Assembly (NCBI RefSeq): GCF_006345805.1
Contig: NW_021831284.1
Coordinates: 790,232-854,231 of the forward strand
Source: Octopus sinensis
Taxonomy: Eukaryota
Direction of reading: 5' to 3'
DNA length: 64,000 bases
Both the position numbers and the translations under genes were made by a program. The first letter of the stretch is position 1. The number at the start of each line of letters is the position of its first letter. This document shows, one piece after another, positions 12,996 through 26,833 of this stretch. The notes beneath the pieces were generated by a model. That model made no database searches. It was not told the origin of the DNA and worked only from the letters and a program-made list of their open reading frames with translations.

Positions 12996-13501
12996 CGTTG
13001 CATGTAAATGTAGAAATCTTGACTTTGAAATTTACAAAATTATGTTAATTTGATATTCATTAACATTGTTGAATAACATTGACTGGTGGCGGCTAGCACT
13101 CAGGTGGGCATTAGGCTCGCGACATTTTATTAATCAAAATGAAGAGGTTAGTTGACTAGTTTGGTTATTAGCAGATAGTCAGGGTATTAATTCTGATTAT
13201 AGACAAAGAGGCTCGCTTGGCCAGAATGGGTAACCTTTTCCATAACACCAGATGTATTGAAACAGGCTTCGAACAGAAAGTAACTGGTTTTTTTAATTTT
13301 AATTGGGAAATGTTTTTAATTCACTCAAATTGTATTTTTGTTATTTTAAAACCCAACCATAAGGCAGGGATTATTTATAGCTATAGATTTCAAAATACCG
13401 ATTTTCTGACTATTAGAATACTATTCAACAAAATACAAAGAATACTGAGTTGTTTAAAAATATCGATGATTAAAAATATTAAATAACCATAAAAATTTAG
13501 T

Positions 13502-15066
13502 TCAGATGTCACTTGAATCAAGTCTGTAAATTTTGTACTGATCTCCGTATTCGGTAGTTGCAATCTCGAAAATGCAGCCAAAACATAAGAGGACCTCTCC
13601 TGAATGTATATCTTTAATTATCTATATCAATTAGATTAAAATATAATTGTTTATCACATTAAGAACTGAAAAGTATTCAAGAAATAAATTCTTTTCCATT
13701 AAATTATATTTTTGAAGCTGGAACATGAACTTGGATAGATATTCGTGGAATTCTTCGTTAATGGAATAGTTGAAGTTTGAACAGCAATATTCTGCAACAG
13801 GAATCTTATATTTTAGTCACTAAATTCGACTACTGATCTAGAAGACGCCATTTCATTGCCAAGAGAATAGACTTTTGTAATAACCTCAATGTTCATATTA
13901 TCCGATCCAATAAGCCTGAAAATATGATATAGAAAATATTGCTCACGTCATATTCCATAAAAATTTTGAATAAATCGCATCTAATTCCACATTGAAGTTA
14001 ATCTAGCTTTGTTTATTCCATTTTTAGTCATATACCCAAAATTTTACTAAATAAAATGCATTTTCTGGGCCTTGCCGAAACATCATCGCATAATTTGGAG
14101 AAAATTTGTCTGTAATTTTATTCAGATTAATTTTCTAATAAATATATTACTAAAAAATCGATAAACTTCATAAATGAAATCACAGGTGGATTCTATCCGT
14201 GAGAAAATGTGTTTTTGTGTCGATATAAGCTTTAAGATAATTAAATTAAATATATACGCCTGATTGATGATTTTCAGTTTCACAAAATACGTAATAACTT
14301 TGTAATCTCAACCTCACGCCGTTAAAACCTCCTACAAAAAGATTGTGCTGCATAAAATAGTTCATCGAAGGTTCATATCGCAAAGGTGTTTGGTTAGAAG
14401 ATGAATTTCTGAAAATTTATAAATTTGTTCAAGATTTACTGAAATTGAGACTGTTGATTCGTTGATATAATCTATAAATATTTAGATCCAAACATTTACA
14501 TTATTAGAAGGAAAATGAAAAGATTTTGAACATGACATTTTTGATTCGTCTGGAACGAAATATTTCGTGCTAAATGGACGTGATGCTTCGAACGAAGAAT
14601 CAGAAGAGTAACCAATCTTTTCTTTGTTTTTAATAAAGTTCTTAATTTCACAGTATATTTTAGATATACGTCTCTTTTTTTCATTCGACGATTTATCACT
14701 TGGATATGACTCGATACTTGTTTCCGAGTACGAGTCTTGCCAGTTTTTTCATGTATATATCGAGCAATAAGTTCATTTCTACCTAATAACATGTTAGATA
14801 TAAAATAACTAACCAAACATTTTTCCCTCATTAGCAAAAACTATCTTCCTTCTCCCACATGGAGGATATATATTTAAGGCATCTTGAAAAATTTTGTCAA
14901 TGTCGGCAGACCACACTCCTTCAGCAATCGTATCGTCGTCATTAGAATTCATTCTTAGTTGATTGTTTTCGGAGATTTCATTTTTTTTGTTAAGCCTTCC
15001 AAAATCATTCCAGTTTTGCATTTCAAATCTATTATAAATAAATATACTTGTTAATTTTGTATTCAT
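13502..15066 (-). CDS. TEAD: TEAD/Scalloped transcription factor, multi-exon; start codon uncertain
   Basis: TEA domain [10 protein letters not shown]...YPPCGRRKI...GKMF|[10 protein letters not shown]...[13 protein letters not shown]; YAP-binding domain [15 protein letters not shown] and LLCFGCIFE...YKIYRL, stop at 13502. Confidence 0.92.
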
Positions 15067-16119
15067 AAATTAATAACATTAGCCATTCATTAACATTTAT
15101 TTTTTAAAAAAAGACTAGCCTACTTGAATATATAAAAACGAACTAATCTAGAACAATCTATCTTTTAATGTAAAAAATTTGCGGAATTCATTGAATCAAT
15201 TAATAAAATTGTTAACAAAAAATATTGACAGTTAACTATTCTATTGCTCAACGTAATCAATATTGTTTTTCTCTAAAGATTTGCTACTTATTAGACTAAG
15301 CACAATAATTAATAAGCATAAACTCAACTAGGATAGAAGAAATGAATTTTTACTTTAACCCAGTAACCTAAATACCTCAAAATAGAAATAGCTGATTATG
15401 AAAATATAAAACCATAAAACAAATATTTTTGATAACTATAGGGTATAATAATATGATTAAGATAAATAAGGAACCCATGATTGAAAATCAACCGAATAGT
15501 CCTAAATTAACAAAATCCGATTTTATAATGCTCGAAAAACCAAAAATTCCTAGCATAACTTAGAAATTTATTGATATAATTAATTCAATTAAAATCTGTT
15601 ATATTAGGAATATAGAATAATATTTAGGTAGTTTAAAGTTTAAATAATGGATTAATGCAGGAATTAAACAAACTTTATAATTTAATGCAACAAAAATTCG
15701 AAAACAGGAACTAATAAAAAATTCAGTAATTTAACTAGCTTGTGGTTGCTCTATTGCTTATCGCAAACCACAATTAACCTTTAATTGCAGAAAATTAATT
15801 TAAAGCGCCGAATGTTAAAAATAGATTTTTATTTCTGTAGACTTACGAAGTCGTTTTTTCTCAGAAAATTGATATTAGTTAAAACTTTGATGGTTCATCT
15901 TTGGTGATTTTTGTATCTTTTGTCAATGCAGACATAATTTATAAATTGAAATATTCACAAACATAACAGAAAAGGCTGTGAAAAACCAGTTTTTCATGGA
16001 TTGTTACTCCCTGAGATAATAAAATTTTTTTCTGATGAGGCATGACACTAATGTAATGAAACTAGATGTCTCCACAGAAAAGATTCAAAGATAAGGCGAT
16101 TCATCAGTCATCTATACTT

Positions 16120-16290
16120 TTTTCCTTTTATTTTCGGTTTAATTTAGCAAATCCCGTGTACCAGACTGAACCTAAGAAGTTCCTGCATGTGAAGGTGTCT
16201 GAGCACGAGGCGTTGTAACAAAAACTACTTATCGCTTAATTAGAGAAAAATTGTGCTTTTATCGGGACTTTTTCCTATTATCCAGACAGA
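16120..16290 (-). mobile_element. Highly decayed CRE RLE fragment
   Basis: KSPDKSTIF and NASCSDTFTCRN resemble KRPDGMSIF and DATCSDTFSAKN in the CRE at 4464-5438. Confidence 0.4.
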
Positions 16291-16674
16291 GAGACTCTAA
16301 AAAATCTTTCAATTCTAAAATACGCGGGACAAGTGATTTCCCGAAATTGTGGTCAGTTTCAGGACCTGTATAAATTATTAAATTTGAATCTCTAATGGAT
16401 ACTATGAATACTTTACAATATGCAGACTAGATGTATTTTAAGAAACAGCCTAAAATGCAAAATTACTTTATTTTTCATGATATTCTACAAGATTAATTGA
16501 AATTTAATTCTTTAATTAACTAAATAGTGAATTGACAACCTTTGATCACAAACTGAAATAAAGTTCATTAAATACAATTTAGCGAAAACGAAAAACCTAG
16601 AAAAATTGCCAAGATAGTTGATAAAATAGATTATTAATATTTATTTATTAATAAAAAGACAAGAGAAAAATCGT

Positions 16675-16795
16675 CATTGGCAGATAGCCAGAGTATTGCC
16701 TCTGACTATGGCTATGGATATTCGTTCTGTTAAATACCGGTGCTTACACTGGTCGCCGGTAACCCTTTCGATTAGTGAGCCAATCCGCTGGAATT
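16675..16795 (-). mobile_element. 5'-truncated CRE 3' tail
   Basis: QRIGSLIERVTGDQCKHRYLTERISIAIVRGNTLAICQ*. Confidence 0.75.
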
Positions 16796-17303
16796 ATTAA
16801 TTAAAAAAATTTTTTTCCAACTATATTTCAGTTTTTCCATTTAGTATTTTAAATCATAAGGGTAACAATTTAAATATTAAGGATGGGGAAATTATTAAAA
16901 CTTCAATATTCCTAAAGGATAAGAGAAATTTTTTTTAATTTTGCATTTCTACTTTAATTTTTTTAATTTGTTCAATGTGATATTACTGAATTCTAATAAA
17001 ACAATTATTTTGTTTTTAATGTCAAATTTGTCAAAATTTTTAGCTTAACAAAAAACTATTGACACTGAATTCACGTATTGATTTTATTTGTTACCTAAAA
17101 ACAATTGTCATAGAATTGTGAATAGTTTTAAGATTCTCATATATTTTGCGCGTTTTTAAAGAATTTAGTTTAAGATCTTTAACTCTCGTGAAAATTATTC
17201 CTGAAATTAACAGAATGTTGAATAATTTAATAATTATTATTTTTTAAATTAAGTAGTCACAAAAAATGAAACCTTTATTAATAAAAAGAAACTAACTAAT
17301 TAA

Positions 17304-17398
17304 TTTGTCGATGTGTTTGTCGATGTGTTTGTCGATGTGTTTGTCGATGTGTTTGTCGATGTGTTTGTCGATGTGTTGTCGATGTGTTTGTCGATGTG
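17304..17398 (+). repeat. Eight tandem copies of TTTGTCGATGTG at the LINE 5' junction
   Basis: Seven 12-mers plus one 11-mer, read directly. Confidence 0.95.
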
Positions 17399-19625
17399 GG
17401 TCACCTTCTCGTGGTGGCAAATGATAGTTTCTCATGGAATTAACTACCAAAAGACCCACTCTGCCGAGTCCTCCATTGAATTGGCTAACCTAAACAAACA
17501 AATCACCGCTGCCATTAACCTGCACGCAGATTCTAAGTGGACCGAATTTATCACTCAATCGACTACAGATCTAACAGCTCCAAAATCTGGAAGACCCTGA
17601 AGGACATGAATGATTTGATTTATGAAAAGCCCAAGTCCCATGAATCTGCCACTTCTAACTCAAACATCCCACTGAATCCGGTTCAGGAGGCAAACTCGCT
17701 CATGAACTACTACGCCTCCTTAAGCCACAAAACCTCAAACAAAAACGATCGGAAGGTCGCCAAATCTCGGAGGAGCTTACCTCGCACGGAATCCTTACCG
17801 CCTTTCACTGCAGACGAAGTTTGCAGTGTATAAAAAACTCGAAGAATTCCCCCGCCACGGGGCCTGACAACATTTCTATCCACCACCTTAAAAGACTTGG
17901 CCCTAACGCCATCAACGCTATAGTGTCTATTTTCAACAATTCCGTTGTAAAAAACGAAATTCCATCTCTTTGGAAAAAATCACGTATCATCCCGTTAATC
18001 AAACCGAACAACCGGCTGGCATTCCAAGCTCATACCGCCCAATCTCTCTTTGTGCACGCTATCTAAAATCCTCGAAAGACTAATCCTTTCACGAGTCTCG
18101 AAACACTTACCAACATCCCACACCCAACATGGCTTCAAACCACTGCACTCAACAACCACTCACTTAACAACGCTTTCCCAGTTCGTCCTGGACGGCTTCA
18201 ATGAGAAGAGGCCCCCTAAACGAACAGTTCTAGCTTCCATCGACATATCTAAAGCTTTTGACAGCGTCCCCCGTTGCGGTCTCACCAAGAAAATTCTCAC
18301 GACCGGCCTAGACTCAAACTACAAATACTGGCTTGCTAACTTCTTATCGGGCCGCATGGGCTACGTCTCCCTCATGGACCATTGTTCCAAACAACGCTAT
18401 CTTCCAAATGGGGTACCGCAGGGTTCCGTGCTGTCTCCATCCCTGTTCAATCTTTACTTGCATGACTTCCCGGCAAACGACCCTAACAACTTGACACTAT
18501 CTTACGCTGACGACATTATTAGTGCCTCAAAACACGAAGACTACAAAGCTGCCTCCTTCAACCTTCAGCAACAACTCCACTCCGTTGAGAATTGGCTCAG
18601 AGAAAACAGGCTCGAGGCCTCGTCCTCCAAGTCCTCGGTCACCCTATTATCTTCCGACAGAAGACAATCAAACATACATCCCAATATCTCTCTTTGGCTC
18701 TGTTCTCCCACTATCAAAACACCCCACTGTTCTCGGACTAACCTTCGACCCAACGATGTCCTTCAACAAACATGTCTCGAAGATCTCTGGCAAGGCTAAC
18801 AGGCGTACAAATATCCTGAAAGCAATAAGTGGTCACATCACTGGTGCGCAGAAACCACTTCTCAAACGTGTGTATAAACAATACATTCGCCCTGTCCTAA
18901 GCTACGCGAGTCCGAGTTGGGCTCCCTGTCTATCTATGAGCTCCTCTTGGCTCTCCAATCAATTCAAAACAAAGCCATGCGCATCATATCGGGTGCCTGA
19001 AATCAACACCCATCGACCATCTGCACTGTGAAACCAACCTCCTCCCGATAGAGGAACATCTAAACATGAGAGGAGCACAATTCCTATTCGCTTCGCGAAA
19101 ATTCTACCACCCTTGCACTGCCCTAAACACGCTAATGACAACGGCGTGCATTGAAGAACACGCCTGCCAAACTATACTCCCGGGTACTTGCCAAAATCAA
19201 TGGCCTAAACCAATGTTCACAGCCAATGAAAAAAATCCACGACTTCATTTCAACGTCGTCCATTCTGAGGCTGAAGCCTAACTCTGTCCTCAACAAACTC
19301 CCTCCGGAAGTTCACCCCTCCGAATTGCTTCTGGAGCGTTCCGCTCAGATCAACCTTGCTCGTTTCCGCTCGGGCCACCACCACTCACTAAACTCCTACG
19401 CTCACTCATTGAACGCCGTGATCTCCCCGGTATGCAACCTCTGCTGTGCCGAAGATCACTCAACTGACCACCTTTTCCGCTGCCCTGTTCTCCTCCCTGT
19501 CCGCAGGAAATTTGCTGTCCACTCCCCCGAGGTCCTTTGGGAGCAACCCGCGAAGGCACTGTCGTTTCTGCTAGCCGCCGGTCTCATACCCTAATGTGAG
19601 ACCGGGGTTATGCAACAACAACAAC
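17307..19625 (+). mobile_element. 5'-truncated I/Jockey-group LINE, frameshifted RT, (CAA)n tail
   Basis: PGPDNI-like ATGPDNI, QHGFKPLHST, DISKAFDSV, GVPQGSVLSP, YADD, C-terminal CNLC...HLFRC; (CAA)n tail 19613-19625; 13-bp TSD AACTAATTAATTT at 17294-17306 and 19626-19638. Confidence 0.92.
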
Positions 19626-19639
19626 AACTAATTAATTTT

Positions 19640-20520
19640 CTAAGTCCAGAGCCTATGAAGTGAGCAGAGGATGGCACTCCATGCGGCTCCTTCCCTTTTT
19701 CCTCCTCTTCTCTGACACTGTAAACCTTCGAGAAAGGACTGGATCGGCGAACATCAAACGAGACACTCTCTGACCATATTTAGCCGAAACGTAGCCTTTA
19801 TGATCCCTAGGTGTGTACCACAACAGCAAGGATGGCAGCCTTCCTTTGGGATACACTCGACCCACTCCACAGGGAGTCGTGCATCTTAGTAAGAATTTGC
19901 TCACTTAAATGCACGATGTTACTCAGTCCACGTCCTAGCTGCCCGCGAGTCAAGTATAATCTCTCCTTATTGCTTTCCAGGGTTATCTACTTTAGGAATC
20001 AAATAAGTGACCCCAGTACATAACCACTTTGGAATCGAGCCAGGGTCTAGTGGAAACTGTTCGATTGCTCGACACATACATTCGGGTCACTCTGTGGTTC
20101 GCTAGGGGGACAACACAATTCGCAGAGATATGCTTACGAAGTATCTCTTAACCTGCAAGGGTAGCGATAACTCGTTATTCTTGTGCTCGTGTCGTTTAGA
20201 AAACGTGGGGCATTCTGTCGGTGTAACCGTAGCGCCAGACCCGGGAGGAGGGGTCTTGCCAGCTTCTTCAGTGCATACAACGATAACTTCGACCTAAAGC
20301 ATCTATTGAAGCACTGAAGCAGGGAAGGCCACCCATTCCTGGGAATCAAGGAAGCTCTTCACAAGATTTAGGAAAGAGCTGATTTAACGCGGTTCTCCCG
20401 GGTTTTGCACTCAGTTCCTTCTGCAATGGCAAGAACGATGTTCTTTCCATCAGATTTCTGCTTCTCCAATGCGGTTGTCCATCCTGATCTGGAAAAAGAC
20501 AAAGGCAGCTCTTGGTAGTT
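19640..20520 (-). mobile_element. Decayed R4/Dong-like non-LTR fragment with the RT core deleted
   Basis: DPGSIPKWLCTGVTYLIPK is followed almost directly by NKERLYLTRGQLGRGL; GC-rich island. Confidence 0.65.
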
Positions 20521-20584
20521 ATTTCAGACTTTCAAATATAAATCAGGGTTACAAATACAAAGTTATTTGGCTCGAAGTTTTATA

Positions 20585-22399
20585 CAGTGCAACCCCTTAT
20601 TGGGGCGACCCCGGACGTGGGGCACCCTCAGGTTTTGGGGCAATTTGAATTTCTATTAGAAGTTTTTCTGTTTATTCTTTATAAGATAAACCCCGTTATG
20701 GGGCATTTAATATTTTATAATAACTAATAGTAACGTGCTTCTGTTGTTATGCCGAAGAGAATTTCTGTCAAAGACAAATTAGAGATTGCAAAGGCTTTAA
20801 AAACGAAAAATATGTCTGAAAGACAAGTTTTAAACAAATTCAAGACAAGCAAAGGGACTATTTCTAGAATCAAACGAGAAATATGTAATTTTGATGGATG
20901 TGAAGGTTCTGAGGGATTCAGAGAACCCGATAATAGTGATAAACATTCATTTTGCGACAAGGTCGTTTTTACTTCATTTCAAAAGTAATAATTAAGTATG
21001 CATAAATTTCTATAGATTAAGAAATGATAATTTAGTAGTTTCCGGACCATTATTACAATCTACTGCCAAGAAAGCAGCTCAAATTTTAAATTTACCAGAA
21101 TTTAAAGCTTCCAATTGATCGTTTTAAGAAACGGCATCAACTTTTTTTTAAAACAATTTCTGGTGAAATAAAGTCATGCGACACATCCATGGTGAAAAGC
21201 TTCTTTAAAACTTATGATAATCACATGGAAGCATATTCCAGCAAGGATATCTTCAACTGCGATGAGACTGGATTATTTGTCAAAAAATCCGACTGTTGAT
21301 CCTTCGTAGAGTTAACGGACACTTGTAGTGGTGTCAAAAAAATAAAGAAAGAGTTACCGTTCTTTTATGTACAAATTCAATTGGTGAGAAAATGAAACCT
21401 TTGGTAATCGGAAAATACAAGTCTCCTCGTTGTTTGAAAAATTTTAACATTGAACAGCATAATGTATTATACATGTCTTCAAAAAATGCTTGGATGACAG
21501 GTTATATTTTTAATGGATGGTTATATGTGATAAATGAACAAATGAAAGAAAATAACAGACATATTTTATTAATTTTGGATAATGCAGGATGCCATAAAGC
21601 AGATGATTATTCCAATATAAATTTTTTTATATTTGCCTAAAAATACTACTCCGCTGCTTCAACCGCTTGACATGGGAATAATTCGCTCATTCAAAACATG
21701 TTACTCACATGAACTGGTTAAATTCATATGTTTTTTTTGAAGGCAAAAAATTAATATTAAATGGTATTCACTGTAGATAAATAAATCTTTTAAGGCCTAT
21801 CAAATATAAATATGAGAAATGTTTTGCTAGCAATTGAAGATGCTTGGATGAATGTTACTAAAGAAACGATTACAAATTGTTGGAATAAAATTAATGAGCA
21901 ACGTACACATGATGTGAAAAAATCTGATCAAATAAATGGAGAAAAAATCGAAGAAACTGTCAAGGAAGTTATATCAGTAGAAATCACTGGTATAGAAAAT
22001 GACAACGCATTATATGACGGAATTATAAAATGTCAATCTATCAAGGAACTAATTTTTTCAATTAATGCAATGGAAGATGGCATTTTTCAGCGTGCTCCAG
22101 AGATATTAAATGAATTTTATAATTTTAAGAAGTTGGCAATGGATCGATTAATTCAAAAGTACAAATTCGGAGCGAAAATAACGGATCATTTCCCGACATG
22201 TAAAGACTAAAATTGTTAAATGAAATTTTCCTATTGTTATAGAAAAAAAACCCATTTTTCAGATCAAAAAATTAAGAATAAACATCTTTTGGTTTTAAAT
22301 TAACAAAACGTTAGTTTTTTCGTTAATATTAGAAAACCCCTCTATCTGGGGAAACCCCTGTTTTTGGGGCACTAGGTGCCCAAAAAAGAGGTTAGACTG
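20585..22399 (+). mobile_element. pogo/Tigger transposon, complete ends, inactivated transposase
   Basis: Imperfect TIRs (CAGTGCAACCCCTT... / ...AAGAGGTTAGACTG), TA TSDs; HTH MPKRISVKDKLEI; FQK|LRNDNLVVSGPLLQ across a 31-nt intron (20985-21015); NCDETG, LILDNAGCH, QPLDMGII. Confidence 0.9.
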
Positions 22400-22959
22400 T
22401 ATATTGTTTTACGGCTCGAATTATTTTCTAGGCAAAGAAAAAACCTAAATTAAAAACGAGTAAGCTACTTCTACTTAGATTTAATTTCAGCCTATATTCA
22501 AATATATACATAAATAATTTTCACAATAAAATATTTTTTAACTCTTGAAAATGTCCGAAAATCCTCTCAAAAGAATGTTTCAAATCAATTTGAATCCGGT
22601 ATTGCTTGCTATGTGGTCCAAAATAACATTCCCGTAGATCCAAAATTTGCTTATGACGTATTTGAATCAAATTGATTAGTGTTTTTAATAGAATCAAAGA
22701 GTTGAGAATTCTATTGACAAATTGACAAGCTCGTAAACTAAGACTAACGCTAAACTTTAAAAGCCAATTCAGGAGTTCAAGAAATACGAAGTTAAAATTA
22801 ACAACAAAATAAAGATAAATTGTTTTGAAAATTCTTCAGATAATAATTCAAGAACAACTAATTTTGATATCCCTCTAAATCCGTCAAAAGTTGAAACTAG
22901 TTTAATCAGCGAAATGCCCCTGAGGATAGGGGATCAATAATTAATCAATTTCGTCAATA

Positions 22960-23120
22960 AGATGACGTTATCAAAAAAAATTTGATAGATATGCAACTCG
23001 CTAGATACGTATATTCCACTAACACTCCTTTTGCTGCTGTAGAAAATCCCGAATTTGTTCAATTTGTCCAAATGTTTCTTCCTGGCTATCGTTTACCTCT
23101 TTATCAACAACTTATTGAGT
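22960..23120 (+). mobile_element. hAT (Ac-like) transposase remnant
   Basis: IDMQLARYVYSTNTPFAAVENPEFVQFVQMFLPGYRLP matches the hAT dimerisation-region motif. Confidence 0.65.
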
Positions 23121-23441
23121 AAAGTATCATTTATAGCTTGATGGTTGTTGAACTCTTCTCAGTTACCTTCTGAAACAATTTCACTCATCAAAAAAATTCT
23201 TGAAGCAGCCGCCTCAACAAGTAAAATAGAAAAAGTAGTGTATTTAAGAATCTCACTTTCATTCAATGGTGCATAGTTACATAATAAATTATTTTTCAAT
23301 TATTGTTTTTTGAAATCAAAATTGGTAAAATTTCTCCAAATATCGTCATTAAATAAATCAAAAAGTAACATTTTAATACTAAGATAAAAAACTCTTAAAA
23401 ATAATAATAAAATTCGATATAATAATTAGTATTCGTAAAAA

Positions 23442-23915
23442 TTAGCAAATATTGGATTTAAAATTCAGATCAATCGAATTTCTTGCATGCAGAATTACTT
23501 GAGATGGCTTTCTCACAATCAATGCTGGTGGGATTATTTTAATCTGTGGACAAGATATTCTATGTCTAATTTTTGATAAATTATGGGAATCGTCATATGA
23601 ATAGCCAAAAAAGCTCTGTCTTCTAAAACAATCATCAGAATAAATGGCTTCGTTATCTAATTTTGATGTATCCTGAACACAAGAATTAAATTCGAACCAT
23701 CTTTTTCTTTTTTGGCTTAATTTTGGAATATTTTCAAGATTTATTTTTAATAAATTAATTCTATTTGTATATTTTTGAAATGCTTTCTTTCTTTCATTTT
23801 CAATTTTTTGAAGTTCCTTTATAAGTGATTGAGAACTGTAAATATTTTTTATTCCATAGTCTTTTAGAGTTGGATGTGCAAATGTCTTTGAACGAGCATA
23901 ATCGTAAAGCACCAT
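23442..23915 (-). CDS. Hypothetical protein, 157 aa, possible coiled coil
   Basis: ATG-initiated ORF unusually long for this AT content; no family recognised. Confidence 0.35.
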   Translation of the reverse strand: MVLYDYARSKTFAHPTLKDYGIKNIYSSQSLIKELQKIENERKKAFQKYTNRINLLKINLENIPKLSQKRKRWFEFNSCVQDTSKLDNEAIYSDDCFRRQSFFGYSYDDSHNLSKIRHRISCPQIKIIPPALIVRKPSQVILHARNSIDLNFKSNIC

Positions 23916-24836
23916 ATAGTTCGAATTAAAAACTAGATTAACGTATAATTTAAATTATAATCTTCCCGCTAAATCAATAATTTTTTAAAACAATACAAAT
24001 AAACCATTCTTAAAAATATTGTGCAAAAAATCATTTTTTCTTTGTATTTTAGTATAGATTTTTAAATTACAATTAAAGTGCATGGATTGTTTCCATAGTA
24101 CTACCTCTATCATTTCCCCAATTAGTTTGATAAAATAATTTCTTGAAATATTTCTAGAATCTAAATCACAATGAAACCATTCTCTTAAAGGAATTTATAA
24201 ATTCTTTCAAATCACAGATTAGTTGATAATTTTTATTTTAATTAACCAAAAATATAAATCTTTGTGTTTAAGCGTTATTTAAAAAACCATTTCAGTTCAC
24301 AGAAATCATCAAAAGAATTGCTTCCAGTATAAGTGAGCTACAGGAATCACCATAACTTTAAAAAATTATTCTCTTACTTTTTCTATTGGAAAAAATCACT
24401 TTGTGTGTGACAAATTAAAATTCTGAATAATTTGAGAGGAAATCACTGACAAAATACAATTAAAGTATAATTTTTTTAATTTTTATAGAATTAATAATGG
24501 ATAAAAGAATGACATTTTTGTAATTATAGTGTTAATTAATAAAAGTTGAAAATTTTATTTTTATGTCTAAAAATTATATTATTGAATTGAATATAGGTTA
24601 AAGTTGAATATATTGAAGTTTGATTTACTAAATTAATGTTTCCTTTTATCCTCTCAATGAGTTTTATACTTAAATTGATGTGCTATTCAACTTCATGAGG
24701 TTTTCTAATTATTAAAATTTAATTTGATGAAATTTGGATAGCTTAATCTAATTGATCCAAATAGCAAATCGATACAAATTAGATTCAAAAATTTCTTTGT
24801 GAACGAATGATTTTTACAAAATATAATTAATTTCGT

Positions 24837-24915
24837 TTAGTTAGTTAGTTAGTTACCCCGACCTCTCTAGCTTGTAGGAGGTCAGCTGTCTTCAGGCCCT
24901 CAGCAGCGAGTTCAT
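24837..24915 (-). mobile_element. Probable tiny 5'-truncated retroposon tail ending in (TAAC)n
   Basis: GC-rich 60-bp island followed by about 4.75 TAAC repeats; flanks TTCGTTTA / TTCATTTA resemble a TSD with one mismatch. Confidence 0.35.
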
Positions 24916-25526
24916 TTAAGATTTTTAATTGTCAAGTTTTTTTCTGCACATGAAAAAATTGACTTTTAGATAAAATTTTTTTAGTTTAGTTAAAACGTTA
25001 ATTATTAAATATTTCTCATTCTTAAAACTAATCCGACTTTTTGAAAATAGTTCATTTGTTTTAAAGTGCCTTTTATTTGGACGTGTATATTTCATTTTGC
25101 TGATTGTTTTTTGAGTGATGGGAAGGGTCAGGTAATTACAATAAGTTCTTAATAACACCACTCTGCAGAAGTTAGATTTCAATTCCGATACAGGTAATAA
25201 TAGTGGCTTACATGTTCCTTTTATTAGAATAAAAAATATTAACGTTTTTCTATTGCTAAAATAAGTCTTCAGTTCAATTTTTTATGGCTTATTTTTTAGA
25301 ATTTTACTCTCATCAAAATGAAATTAATTTTATCTCTATATCTTTTTTAATGTCTTAAAAGTGTCAATTATTATTTTTTCATTTCATTTTGAATATTTTT
25401 TTATTTGTAACTACAACCTATAGAAAAAAATGGAATTCTATTTTAATAAATTAATTCTCCTGTTCCTATTGAATTTATTAAAAATAGATTAATTAGATGT
25501 TAGAATCAATTATTTAAAAGATTAAA

Positions 25527-26833
25527 TTAGCGAGAGGTCGTGTTAAACTGAGAAAAGAATTGCGGTTCATTAGTGTAAATTCGGCGATCCAAATAATCTC
25601 TATATCCTCTCTGTTCTAATGCCAGTTGTTGATTTTCTCTGCAGTTTTTCTTGTTAAGTTCAATTTTCTTTCTTTGCTCTTCTCGTTCAATTAACAATGC
25701 TGCTCTGTCTCGTGCATTTAGTTGCTCATTCCACATTTCATTTGCTAACTTTTCTTCTTTTTTTAATCTCTAATAAAATTAATATATCGTATTTGTATCA
25801 AGAAATTAAAATTTTGATAAATACATTGTTATTTTCCACTTGTTGCTTTCTTATGTCTTCAATATCTTTAATTTGTTTCTCAGACATTCCTTTCCATCGA
25901 TCTGTTATTACTCTGTTGGGACCAAATGCTGACTGAGCGACTTGAGGATTTTCGGTAAGCATGTCGCTGTTTATTACATTGAGCATATGCGTTATTCTAT
26001 TGTTGTTTAATTTCTCATTTTCTCTCAAATTTTCATGGTTTTTTTGTTTAGACTAAAACAATTGTACTTTTGAAAGTATTTAATTTACCAATTCTTGATT
26101 GTACTTTGTTAGAGCTTCGTTTACTGAACGACGACATTGTTCTTCTGCTTGTGTAAGTTCGCATAATCTGTCATCAAGTTCTTTGATTCTTTGATTATAT
26201 ATTCGATCTGCTTCTTCTTGTCTATTCTTCTCTTCTTGAATAGCGTTCATTTGCTGATTTAACCATTCACGATTTTGTTCTTGTTGGTACAATTTTCTAA
26301 TCTATTAAAATAATTCTAAATTAAAATTCACATTAGACTCGAGATCTTCTCCCTCAAATTTTTGAATGCTAGCAGGACCACATCGAATGTCGTCATTTGA
26401 AATTCTAGCAGGTGTCGACTTTTTGAGGTAATTAGGATCATTTAAGTCCCATTCTCTTCTCGTTTCCGGCTTCTGGTTATTTGATCTGAATTCATTTAAT
26501 GCCTTGTTAATTGCTTTCTGATTTTCAGATTCTTGCTGTTCATAAATTTGAGAAATTTTACAATTGTATAACAGGTCATTCACTAAAATAACTATACAGA
26601 AATTGAACTAAATGCATCATCTCTATCTTTTTCTCTTTTATCTTGACATTTTTTATCTTGAACTTGTCGATCAAGTGCCTCTTTATCAACCTAATGGTAT
26701 TTTGTTTAGTTAATACTCCTATTGTCCTATATTTAGAGTTGAAAATTCTTGCTTTGCGTTCCTCTTCAAGTCGGCGTCGTCGTTCAATATAAGCAGATTC
26801 TTTTTTGTCCAAAGGGACATCAAATTTAAACAT
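25527..26833 (-). CDS. RIBC2: RIB43A-like ciliary microtubule inner protein, multi-exon
   Basis: LDKKESAYIERRRRLEEERKARIFN, TRREWDLNDP, LTENPQVAQSAFGPNRVITDRWKGM, FFSQFNTTSR*. Confidence 0.92.

Noticed and set aside
17313-17400. ORF encoding (VDVF)n repeats
   Set aside because: Translation artefact of the 12-bp junction repeat.
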